Of a stretch of 64,000 nt of DNA, positions 38,095 through 46,985 are shown piece by piece. Numbering within the stretch: position 1 is the stretch's first letter; every line of letters starts with the position of its first letter. The position numbers and the translations under genes are program-made. Origin of the DNA: Clostridia bacterium (GTDB lineage Bacteria; Bacillota; Clostridia; Christensenellales; Aristaeellaceae); NCBI GenBank assembly GCA_017428385.1, contig JAFRQX010000036.1:7325-71324 (forward strand), given 5' to 3'. A model generated the notes under the pieces. That model ran no database searches. It had not been told where the DNA came from and saw nothing but the letters and a program-made list of their open reading frames with translations.

Positions 38095-39069
38095 ATGAGA
38101 GCATCAGTAATGAATAAAGTGCAAAAGACCGGGATCCTGCTGCTGGTATTGGTTCTGGCACTGACTGCGTGCACATCCTTTGCCGACACGGGAGAGAGAG
38201 GAAACACCATGAACAACATCGACGTCAGACAACAGACAGAATTCCGGTATAACCGGTTCGCGGATCTGTACTACTACCTGCTGGCACATATGCCCATTGA
38301 TTATGCAGCGGACGTATCAGATCCTGAATATACGGCGGAAATGGCAGGCAAACTGGGCATTTTTCCGGGTATTCCTCCCAAACTGACGGAGTATTATGAA
38401 GAGAATTTTGACCGGCTGGCGATTACCGGCTTTATTCCGCTGGCAGTGAAGAACACCCAGCAGTTCAGGGAAGCGCTGGTTTCCTGCGGCCAGCTGACAG
38501 ACCGGGATATGGAAGCCTTTGTGGATCCGATGATTGAAATCTGTGACAGGGTCTCCGAAAGGTTTTATGATTGGTGGACAGCGCATCATGAAGAGGTGGC
38601 GCCGCAGACGGATAAGGTATACGACCGTTTCCGGACGCTCACAGACCGGCTTGACGCTTTTTTCAACAACCTGGAGATGAAACCTTCCGTGCTCTTTTCA
38701 TACAGCCTGCGGAAGAACGGCCGGGCATTTTTCCAGCCGGGAGAAATCATCGTCTATCTGACCTACCCGGAAAAACCGGAGGAGATTACGGGCTGCTTCC
38801 TGCAGTACCTGCATGAATGCACCCATTCTGTCACGGATCCGCTGATGAACCGGAGAATCCTTATGGCGGACGGATCCCATGACATTGCAGAATACCAGGT
38901 GCTGGTTTTTGACGAGTACCTGCTGGACGCCCTTTATCCGGAGATGACTGAAACCTACCGTGAATGGATCGGGCAGGAATACCTGGACTATTCCCACAAA
39001 GCGCTGGGGGAAGAGGGAGAAGCAAGGCTCAGGGAACGCCTGGAGGCAATGCTGACGGAGGATAAATGA
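38095..39069 (+). CDS. Hypothetical protein with signal peptide (HExxH-like LHECTH)
   Basis: 324-aa ORF; possible second start at ATG 38209. Confidence 0.7.
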   Translation: MRASVMNKVQKTGILLLVLVLALTACTSFADTGERGNTMNNIDVRQQTEFRYNRFADLYYYLLAHMPIDYAADVSDPEYTAEMAGKLGIFPGIPPKLTEYYEENFDRLAITGFIPLAVKNTQQFREALVSCGQLTDRDMEAFVDPMIEICDRVSERFYDWWTAHHEEVAPQTDKVYDRFRTLTDRLDAFFNNLEMKPSVLFSYSLRKNGRAFFQPGEIIVYLTYPEKPEEITGCFLQYLHECTHSVTDPLMNRRILMADGSHDIAEYQVLVFDEYLLDALYPEMTETYREWIGQEYLDYSHKALGEEGEARLRERLEAMLTEDK

Positions 39070-39070
39070 G

Positions 39071-39697
39071 ATGCCTGCGATGAAGAATATCACGACGATC
39101 CTGCTGGATATGTATGGCGTGATCCTGGAGGAAAGCAAGGGATATTTCATTCCCTATACATTCGGTTCCTTTGACCAGGCGGAGTATGACCGTCTGACAA
39201 GGCAGTTCAAGGAAGAAAAACTGTTTACCAGGGCGGCGAACGGGGAAATGACCTCGGACGAGTTCCTGACGCAGCTTGGATTTCAGGATCCGCAGTACCA
39301 CATGGTCAACTATATTGACAACTTTCTGCACCTGGACCAGGGCTTCAGGGAGTTCGCTGAAAGGTATTCCACGAAGTATGATTTTGTGCTGCTTTCCAAT
39401 GACGTGTCCGAGTGGAGCGCCTGGATTACAAAGCATCATGACCTGGATCAGTATTTCACCCATAAGATCGTCAGCGGGGATGTAAAATGCCGCAAGCCGG
39501 ACCGCAGAATCTATGAGATTGCGCTGGAAAGAACAGGGAAGAAGCCGGAGGAATGCTGCTTTGTGGACAACAGCGTGAAGAACCTGATCACAGCGGCTGA
39601 ACTGGGCATTGAACCGATCCTGTTCAACCGGGACGGGGAAGAGTATACCGGCACCATCGTCAATTCCTTCGCGGAGCTGGCGGATCTGCTGGGATGA
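39071..39697 (+). CDS. HAD-superfamily phosphatase
   Basis: ILLDMYGVI motif I, LSND, KCRKPD, FVDNSVKN. Confidence 0.9.
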   Translation: MPAMKNITTILLDMYGVILEESKGYFIPYTFGSFDQAEYDRLTRQFKEEKLFTRAANGEMTSDEFLTQLGFQDPQYHMVNYIDNFLHLDQGFREFAERYSTKYDFVLLSNDVSEWSAWITKHHDLDQYFTHKIVSGDVKCRKPDRRIYEIALERTGKKPEECCFVDNSVKNLITAAELGIEPILFNRDGEEYTGTIVNSFAELADLLG

Positions 39698-39885
39698 GAA
39701 AGCGTTCGTGGAAACAGGGCAAAGCTGCCGGCAGATAAACGATACGGCTGTCCCGAGAAGGCCTGAAAAGACCGGCGGGGCAGCTGTTTTTTCATTCCGG
39801 AAATAAAAATGTTGATGGGGCGTGCAGATTCGCCCTTCTCATTCGTCTAATGTATGTAACGTTACAAAACCGGAGGCATGATACT

Positions 39886-40347
39886 GTGGACAAGGGATTC
39901 TTCATCGCGGAGATCGAAGCCTGCTCGGAAACGATGTACCGGGTAGCCTGGTCGATCCTGCGGAACGAGACCGATGTGCAGGACGCGTTGCAGGACGCGG
40001 CACTCAAAGCCTGGGAAAAGCGGAGCAAGGTGCGGGAGGAAAAGTATTTCCGCACGTGGCTGATCCGCATATTGATCAACGTATGCTACGACATACAAAG
40101 AAAGCACCGGAATGTCGTTCCACTGGAGAAGATTCCCGCCCAGACCTATGCGAAAGCACCGGATCCGGAACTGGCCATAGCGCTGAGAGCTGTTCCGGAA
40201 AAGCTTCGGCTGCCCCTTGTGCTGTGCTACTGCGAAGGCATGAGCTATGAGGAAGCCGCGGACGTGCTGCGGATTCCCATGACCACCCTGCGGGGCCGGC
40301 TCAACCGGGGGAAAGACGTATTGAGAAAGGAGCTGAAAGCGGAATGA
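39886..40347 (+). CDS. ECF RNA polymerase sigma factor
   Basis: DVQDALQDA, FRTWLIRILIN, MSYEEAADVL. GTG start after GGAGG; CGTCTAA at 39844. Confidence 0.92.
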   Translation: MDKGFFIAEIEACSETMYRVAWSILRNETDVQDALQDAALKAWEKRSKVREEKYFRTWLIRILINVCYDIQRKHRNVVPLEKIPAQTYAKAPDPELAIALRAVPEKLRLPLVLCYCEGMSYEEAADVLRIPMTTLRGRLNRGKDVLRKELKAE

Positions 40348-41471
40348 AGCGCGACATGAAAGATATCAATCTGCAGAATGCCTTCTGGCCGATGACAGAA
40401 GAATGTCACGACAGGCTGAACACTGCTCTCAGCGGCCTGAGGGAGGAACAACCTGTGAAACGATTTACTGCAAGAACAGTTTTAATAGCAGCCTGTATTA
40501 TTGTTGCCCTGATGGCGGTGGCACTTGCTGCCGGACAAATCCTGGGATGGACAGATTTCTACTCAAATTTTTATAACACATTTGTACCGGACGGAGCCCA
40601 GCAAATTATGCGGGATAATGGTGAGGTGACCTATACAGTCGGTCCGGTAACCTTTACTGTGGGCGGGTTGTATTTCGACGGTCATATCGCGACAGCTTCG
40701 ACGAATGCCAGACTGGCGGAGGGAATAAATGCGCTACTGACCGGAAACGATCCGTATGATGCAATCGGCGCCAATGGAGAGAATGGGGAGCTGGTCGCAA
40801 AAAAGCTCGGGGTGGATCCGGAACTCTCCTGGGCAGACGCGGCAAAAGAACTGAAGCTTCCGCTGTACAGCGTACGGGCAATCCTGGAAGCACCTGAGGA
40901 GTATTCCGGGGAAGCAATGGAAGATCCGATGTTCAATGATGATGGCAGCCTGACATACTTCTCCATGCCGCTGCTTAACGGGAAATTTCATGGTGAAGCA
41001 ATGGAGTTTGGACTCTATCTGAGGGTTCAGGAAATCAATGTGGAAGATCCGGCGCAACAAGCTGAAGCATTGAAAGAACATAAAACCATCAGCATTCCTT
41101 TGGAGGCACCGGATGATACCAAAGAATATACTGTGCCGACGAATATGATTGTGGAGGATACAGTACGGCTGGATTCTGTTAGGGGCGATCTCTTCTCCGG
41201 AGGCTTGTACCTGACCGCCTCCTATACGGTGCTGAAGGAGGATACTTCAGAGGATGATGCTGTGGATGTCCTGTACAGCCTGGAATATGTCCAGCCCAAT
41301 GGAGAACCTTTCCCGACAGGAATGAGTCTTTCTGGCGGCGTTAAGGATTTTGACACGTGGCCTGTGGTTGAAACTGAAGACATGATTTCTGCGAATCAAT
41401 TCCCGGAAAAGATCGGATTGATGATTAATGGGGACGAGGCTTCGATCGTGATACTGGAACTGAAGAAGTAA
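40344..41471 (+). CDS. Anti-sigma-like membrane protein (DUF4179-like)
   Basis: 4-nt overlap with sigma; short cytoplasmic N-terminus, TM ending AVALAAG, large extracellular beta-rich domain. Confidence 0.7.
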   Translation: MKRDMKDINLQNAFWPMTEECHDRLNTALSGLREEQPVKRFTARTVLIAACIIVALMAVALAAGQILGWTDFYSNFYNTFVPDGAQQIMRDNGEVTYTVGPVTFTVGGLYFDGHIATASTNARLAEGINALLTGNDPYDAIGANGENGELVAKKLGVDPELSWADAAKELKLPLYSVRAILEAPEEYSGEAMEDPMFNDDGSLTYFSMPLLNGKFHGEAMEFGLYLRVQEINVEDPAQQAEALKEHKTISIPLEAPDDTKEYTVPTNMIVEDTVRLDSVRGDLFSGGLYLTASYTVLKEDTSEDDAVDVLYSLEYVQPNGEPFPTGMSLSGGVKDFDTWPVVETEDMISANQFPEKIGLMINGDEASIVILELKK

Positions 41472-41477
41472 AATACC

Positions 41478-41514
41478 GGGGCGCCGCCGGACAATAGGGC
41501 GTCGCCCCTTTTTT
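41478..41514 (+). terminator. Intrinsic terminator
   Basis: ggggcgccgcc/ggcgtcgcccc stem plus TTTTTT. Confidence 0.7.
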
Positions 41515-41525
41515 GAGGAAACAAG

Positions 41526-42773
41526 ATGAAACGATTGATTTGCATCCTGCTGGCGGTTATGGCGCTGATTCTGTCAGGAATTGTCTGCGCTCAGGCTAAG
41601 ACGCTTCGTGTGGTTGGAGAGTTTTATGACTTGCCTAAAGCTATGCAATGGTATAAGGACTGGATCAAGATTCATCCCAGGGACGAATTGAAGGTGAATA
41701 CAAGTATTTATTCTGCCTATGAAACTACAGCGGACCTGATTAAAGCGCTGGAGGCGAAAAAAGGAAAATACAGCGTTATGAGAATACAGTCGGCCTATGC
41801 GGACTGGGAACAGGTGCGGGATTCCGGACTGCTGGTTGATCTGTCCGGATCAGAGCAGTTGACATCTTACGTTGGGCGGATGTATCCGGTTTTTCAGGAA
41901 ATGGTTTACAAAGATGGGAAACTGACGGGTATTCCCTGCGCTTCGTGTGTGGACTGGGCAGGATTATGCTGCAATCCGGAATGCTGGGAAAAAGCAGGCT
42001 ATGGAACAGAGGATGTTCCGACGTGCTTCCTGGATTTGCTTGATTTCCTGGAAAAATGGGCAGAAAGGAATGAAGCAGAACCGACAGGGATCAGCCTGAT
42101 GCAGACATACATGTTTGTCAATTTTGCCAGGGACAGCTATACAGACTGGCTGAGCAGGTTTTATGTGGATCAGTATGTCAATCAGTGCCTGAGGCAGGGC
42201 GAAAGACCTGTTTTCAATACACCTGAAGCGATAACCATACTGAAGAAGATCGCCTGGATTGGTGAGGCATTGTATGAATGTGATTCAAAGGTTCCGCGTA
42301 CGGAAATTCAATGGGACACCGAAGGCGAGTACGGATTCCATACCTCCTGGCTTCTGGAAGATGGAATGTACGGGTCATATATCATACCATGCAGGGTTAC
42401 GAAAGATGCCCCGGAGATCTATCCGGTGCATATGGAGATACTTTGCATTCCGCAGAACGCCCCGGAACGGGAGCAAGCACTGGAGTTTGTGGAACACTAT
42501 ATCCAGCATGTAAATGACGCGGTACCGTCAGATGATATGTCATATGAAACAAGAGACTATCTTGAGTGGAAATCACAGCTGCTGACAGATGCGGAAGCAA
42601 CAGATTCCTACCGGGAAATGGTCAGCCATATGGAGTATTCACACTGGAATTATGAAATCCCTTTCGCTCAAAAGATTCAGAAAGCTATCAGCAAATTTGC
42701 CGCAGGCAGCATAAGCGCTGAAGAGCTTGTTGTGATCATTGACGAGAGTATCACCGCAGACCTTGGGAAGTGA
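41526..42773 (+). CDS. Secreted extracellular solute-binding-like protein
   Basis: Signal peptide; YKDGKLTGIP...LCCNPECW..AG family-1 SBP-like motif. Confidence 0.65.
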   Translation: MKRLICILLAVMALILSGIVCAQAKTLRVVGEFYDLPKAMQWYKDWIKIHPRDELKVNTSIYSAYETTADLIKALEAKKGKYSVMRIQSAYADWEQVRDSGLLVDLSGSEQLTSYVGRMYPVFQEMVYKDGKLTGIPCASCVDWAGLCCNPECWEKAGYGTEDVPTCFLDLLDFLEKWAERNEAEPTGISLMQTYMFVNFARDSYTDWLSRFYVDQYVNQCLRQGERPVFNTPEAITILKKIAWIGEALYECDSKVPRTEIQWDTEGEYGFHTSWLLEDGMYGSYIIPCRVTKDAPEIYPVHMEILCIPQNAPEREQALEFVEHYIQHVNDAVPSDDMSYETRDYLEWKSQLLTDAEATDSYREMVSHMEYSHWNYEIPFAQKIQKAISKFAAGSISAEELVVIIDESITADLGK

Positions 42774-42783
42774 TCCCAGTCGG

Positions 42784-42809
42784 AAAAACTGCCGAAAGGC
42801 AGTTTTTTT
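42784..42809 (+). terminator. Intrinsic terminator
   Basis: aaaaactgcc-gaaa-ggcagttttt. Confidence 0.85.
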
Positions 42810-42819
42810 CTTTTATCTC

Positions 42820-42866
42820 TTGACGGAATGAAAGAAACATTTTATTATATCGAACGAACGTTCGAT
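42820..42866 (+). promoter_or_regulatory. Promoter with TetR-type palindromic operator
   Basis: TTGACG-17-TATTAT followed by ATCGAACG-AA-CGTTCGAT. Confidence 0.8.
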
Positions 42867-42891
42867 TTAGTTTTAAATACAGGAGGATACT

Positions 42892-43467
42892 ATGCCGAGA
42901 GAAAACAGAAAGGAACTGATTATCCGGGAAACGCTGAAGCTGTTTTCCGAAAAGGGATTCGCGGCCGTCTCCATGCGGGATCTGGCGGAATCCGTCGGCA
43001 TCAGTGTAAGCACGATCTACCATTATTACCCGAGCAAACAAGACCTGGCCCAGGATATGATTGCCCGGGCGAACGAACTGACCGCGAAAGCCCGTGACTC
43101 CTTTTTCCGAATCCTGAGCGGCACGGAGAAGGTGGAATGCGAGCCTTTTGTGCGCGCGGGAGTCATGTATGTGACAGCCTATCTGCGGCATGAGCAGATC
43201 GATCCCCTGCTGCGGATGCTGGAGAGCGAGCGGTTTCATGAGCCTGCCGCGGAGGAAGCCTGGCAGAGGATGATGTTCACCGATCCGATCGCGCACGAGG
43301 CAAAGGTATTTGAACTGCTGGCCGCCCGGGGGGAAATCAAGGAAACAGACGCGGACCGGCTGGCCGGGGAGTATCACGGGATTGTTATGCTGGGCTATTT
43401 TACCGGGGATACGGACAGGATGGCCCGGGAACTGACGGCGTTTTACAACAGAGTATTTAACAGATAA
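42892..43467 (+). CDS. TetR/AcrR family regulator
   Basis: LFSEKGFAAVSMRDLAESVGISVSTIYHYYPSKQDL HTH. Confidence 0.93.
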   Translation: MPRENRKELIIRETLKLFSEKGFAAVSMRDLAESVGISVSTIYHYYPSKQDLAQDMIARANELTAKARDSFFRILSGTEKVECEPFVRAGVMYVTAYLRHEQIDPLLRMLESERFHEPAAEEAWQRMMFTDPIAHEAKVFELLAARGEIKETDADRLAGEYHGIVMLGYFTGDTDRMARELTAFYNRVFNR

Positions 43468-43479
43468 GGGAGACAGGAC

Positions 43480-44367
43480 ATGAAGAAGTACAGAAGTGAA
43501 AAGAGCGGACAGGCCATCCTGGAGACCTATGACCGGATCCTGTCCACCTGGCAGTGTGAGACAAAGGAAAGGGACGTGGAGACAGAATACGGAACCACCC
43601 ATGTGATCGAATGCGGGGCGGAGGAAGGTCCGGCGCTGGTACTTTTCCACGGAGTGGGGGACGACTCGGCGCTGATGTGGATCTACAACGCGCCGGAACT
43701 GGGAAAGCATTTCCACCTTTACGCCATCGACACGATGGGCGGCCCGGGGAAGAGTGTGCCCAACGAGAACTACAACAAGGAATTTGACGACGTGCGCTGG
43801 ATCGACGGGGTGCTGGATGCGCTGGGCATCGGGAAGGCCTTCTTCGCGGGCGTATCTATGGGCGGATACCTGGTGCAGATTTATACGCTGATGCACCCGG
43901 AACGGGTGATGAAAACCATCAGCATCTCCGGCACGGTACCGGTGGGCGGAAAGAAGAACTCCATGTCGGCAATGATGAAGATCTTCCTGCCGGAGGCGCT
44001 GTTCCCGACGGATAAAAACGTGACAAAACTGCTCAAGAAACTGAGCGGGGAGAACTATGCGGTCTTTACGGAAAACAAGGAGATCATGGCCCATTACAAA
44101 AGCCTGCTGAAGGGCTTCAACAACATGGCCATGGGCTACCACAGGCTCCACGCGTTCACCCCGGAAGAGGTGAACCGGATCCGGGACAAGGTGACCTACC
44201 TGGTGGGAACGGAGGATCCGTTTGAGAAAATTGGCGGACGGGAAGTCCTGGAGCAGAATCACATGGACGCGGTATTCTATGAAAAAGCCGGACATGGGCT
44301 GAACCATGAGCGAGCGGAGGAGATCAACCGGAAGATGATCAGTGTTCTCCAGGGAGCGGCGGAATAA
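43480..44367 (+). CDS. Alpha/beta hydrolase (carboxylesterase-like)
   Basis: LVLFHG, AGVSMGG, GTEDP, AGHGLNHE catalytic triad. Confidence 0.92.
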   Translation: MKKYRSEKSGQAILETYDRILSTWQCETKERDVETEYGTTHVIECGAEEGPALVLFHGVGDDSALMWIYNAPELGKHFHLYAIDTMGGPGKSVPNENYNKEFDDVRWIDGVLDALGIGKAFFAGVSMGGYLVQIYTLMHPERVMKTISISGTVPVGGKKNSMSAMMKIFLPEALFPTDKNVTKLLKKLSGENYAVFTENKEIMAHYKSLLKGFNNMAMGYHRLHAFTPEEVNRIRDKVTYLVGTEDPFEKIGGREVLEQNHMDAVFYEKAGHGLNHERAEEINRKMISVLQGAAE

Positions 44368-44817
44368 CCAGTTCAGCTTTATCTATCAGCGGCACAATCC
44401 TATATCACCTGTAGGAGCGAAAACGGAAGTCGATTGTGATAAGCCGGCAATAAGCATCATGGAACCGGGAGTGTCATGACAGACCATTGGTATGATTTGT
44501 GCATGTACGATTAATACCGTTGGTAACTTCATTAAAGACGGGATTTTTATATAATTGAATTGTTTCAATCATGCAGCGACACATTATGGGCAGCCATACC
44601 AAGTGATATTCCAGAAAGCGGAGTAAGCAGCATATACTTTGGATATAACGCCGCCACAGGATACAGCATTACCAATCTGGGGAGAATTACGAGCGAATGT
44701 ATTTCTACAGCATATTTTATCCCGCCGGTGAATCCGGCTATGAAGAAAACACAGGGAATCTTGAACGTAAACGGCATTATGACCGTGTGCACCGGAGAAA
44801 GATAAAGAGGGAATTAT

Positions 44818-45471
44818 ATGAACAAAAAACGCCTGAACCGGGACAAATGGGGGTTCCAGTATTACCCGTATTACCAGATGAGGATTGACCATGAACTGTT
44901 TCACGGAATGGTCTGCCTGATCCGGTTTACGGACGGGGAAAAGAATTACTGGGAAACGCCGAAAGCCGGCAGGATCCAGGTGACCGGTGAAGGGATGACC
45001 TGGCTGGAGTTGATTCCGGATGATACCCGCCGGGTGATCACCGCCATGTATTTTCCGGACGGAACCCATGGACCGGAACGGGAAAGCTATCCGGTGACCG
45101 CAAATGAACAATACCAGCCGTCCATCTGGTATATTGATATCATTGAGGGCACCGAGTATGATGAAGACGGCGTTGCAGCGTTTATCGACAAATATCTTGA
45201 CGTGATCATAACGCCGGAAGGCGACGTGAAGGTAGACGACCGGGATGAACTGGACGCGGCGTACGCTTCCGGAGAACTGACCAAAGAGCAGTACGACGCG
45301 GCCCTGGCGGAGGGCGAAGACATCCTGAAGGCATACGGCGACGATATCCGCGAGCTGGACGCGTGGTGCGCGGCAGTCCGGCAGCTGGCGGAGGACCGGA
45401 TCGCGGCGAGGGAGCCCATTACCATGTGCCGGGAAGTCCGGGAGTGGAGAAAAACACAGGGAGAATCCTGA
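44818..45471 (+). CDS. DUF402-domain protein
   Basis: WYIDII, FIDKYLDVIITPEG, VDDRDELDAAY pattern. Confidence 0.75.
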   Translation: MNKKRLNRDKWGFQYYPYYQMRIDHELFHGMVCLIRFTDGEKNYWETPKAGRIQVTGEGMTWLELIPDDTRRVITAMYFPDGTHGPERESYPVTANEQYQPSIWYIDIIEGTEYDEDGVAAFIDKYLDVIITPEGDVKVDDRDELDAAYASGELTKEQYDAALAEGEDILKAYGDDIRELDAWCAAVRQLAEDRIAAREPITMCREVREWRKTQGES

Positions 45472-45494
45472 TACGGAAAGGCTGGAGAACCGTT

Positions 45495-46730
45495 ATGAAT
45501 CAGACAGAGAAGGCACTGGCTCTCGCGAAAAGCGATAGGCTGAACTGCATCGCGGAACTGGATGAAACCGCACTGGAACAGGCAAAAGCACAGGAAGCGG
45601 GCAAACAGGACAAGCCGCTGGCCGGGATACCGGTGCTGGTGAAAGACAATATTGACGTGAAGGGCCTGCATACCACGGCAGGCAGCCTGGCACTGGCGGA
45701 CAATATTGCCCGGGAGGACGCACCGGTGATCCGGAACCTGCGCAGGAACGGCGCGGTGATCCTGGGAAAAACCAATATGACGGAGTTTGCCAATTATACA
45801 ACCGATGGTATGCCGGGTGGATACAGTTCCCGCGGCGGGCAGGTGATTCACGCGGTGAATCCGAAGCTTTCACCCACCGGTTCTTCCTCCGGATCGGCGG
45901 TGGCGGTTGCAGCGGGAATTGTACCGATGGCTGTGGGAACAGATACCTCCCACTCCGTGACCGGCTGCGCGATGTTCAACGGGATCTGCGGGCTGAAACC
46001 GCCAGCGGGCACACTGTCGGCGGAAGGGATCATTCCCATTGCCAGGACGCTGGACAGCGCAGGGGCGATGGCGCGGAACCTGACCGACGCACTGAAACTG
46101 TATTCCGCCATGCGGGACGAACCGCTGCCGGAACTGAAGCCCCTCAGGATGGACAAGCTTCGCATTGCGGTGAACCGGGCAAACAGGGAGCATCTTCAGT
46201 GCCAGGAACAGTTCCTGAACAGCCTGCTGAGGAAGCTGAAAACAGGCGGGGCCGTGATCGGAGAAGTGGATCAGGGAGCGGCGCCTGAAATGGTGACGAT
46301 CATGCAGTGGGAATTCGGGCCGATGCTGGAAGACTATCTGGCAAAATCCACGGCGGAACGGAAAACCCTGGCGGAGATTGTCGCGTACTATGAAGCCAAT
46401 CCGGATACCATGATGAAGTACGGGGACAAATTGCTGCGGGCAGCGCTGGATGAAACGCCCGGCGGACTCGAGGGGAAACCCTATCTGGACGCCCTGGAAG
46501 CACGTAAAGAAGCTATTTCAAAGGTTACGGCGGAGATCGGGGATTATGACGCTGTCCTGATGACGGGACCGACAAGCATTATGCATTACTGCGGTCTGCC
46601 GACGGTTACGGTGGCGGGAGAAAAGAAGAATCCCGACGGTGTGAATGAGGCAGTGATCCTGTACGGAAAGGATGAGTACAGGCTGTATGAAGCCGCCCTG
46701 GCGATTGAACAGGTGATGCTGAAGATATAG
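45495..46730 (+). CDS. Amidase signature family protein
   Basis: GIPVLVKDNI (Lys), GSSSGSAVAVAA, GTDTSHS; ATG 45495 after GGAG. Confidence 0.9.
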   Translation: MNQTEKALALAKSDRLNCIAELDETALEQAKAQEAGKQDKPLAGIPVLVKDNIDVKGLHTTAGSLALADNIAREDAPVIRNLRRNGAVILGKTNMTEFANYTTDGMPGGYSSRGGQVIHAVNPKLSPTGSSSGSAVAVAAGIVPMAVGTDTSHSVTGCAMFNGICGLKPPAGTLSAEGIIPIARTLDSAGAMARNLTDALKLYSAMRDEPLPELKPLRMDKLRIAVNRANREHLQCQEQFLNSLLRKLKTGGAVIGEVDQGAAPEMVTIMQWEFGPMLEDYLAKSTAERKTLAEIVAYYEANPDTMMKYGDKLLRAALDETPGGLEGKPYLDALEARKEAISKVTAEIGDYDAVLMTGPTSIMHYCGLPTVTVAGEKKNPDGVNEAVILYGKDEYRLYEAALAIEQVMLKI

Positions 46731-46776
46731 GGCATCCGGGAGCCCCCCCGGGCTTTTGAAAACGGCAATTTCCGGG

Positions 46777-46805
46777 TTGACAAGGGACAGGACTTCTGGT
46801 GTAAT
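46777..46805 (+). promoter_or_regulatory. Sigma-A promoter of GNAT leader
   Basis: TTGACA-17-TGTAAT with extended TGn. Confidence 0.7.
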
Positions 46806-46836
46806 AAGATTAATCTTTGAAAGGCAGGTGAGTGAC

Positions 46837-46893
46837 ATGGTTTACCAGGCATACCGGATTGAGAACTTCTGTCATTCACCCAAAGCCGCCTGA
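46837..46893 (+). CDS. Leader peptide MVYQAYRIENFCHSPKAA (18 aa)
   Basis: GCAGGTG RBS; lies between promoter and terminator; codons 7-12 complementary to terminator 5' arm. Confidence 0.7.
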   Translation: MVYQAYRIENFCHSPKAA

Positions 46894-46928
46894 AGCAGTC
46901 AGCGGCCATTGGTCAATACGGAAAGTAC

Positions 46929-46957
46929 AGTGTTCTCGATTTCGGGAACACTTTTTT
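46929..46957 (+). terminator. Leader (attenuator) terminator
   Basis: agtgttctcga-tt-tcgggaacact plus TTTTT, 28 nt before the GNAT start. Confidence 0.8.
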
Positions 46958-46985
46958 GTTTGACTGCGGAAGGAGCATAAAACAG

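Noticed and set aside
45363-45494. N-terminal extension of the amidase ORF
   Set aside because: Overlaps the DUF402 gene out of frame; RBS supports ATG 45495.
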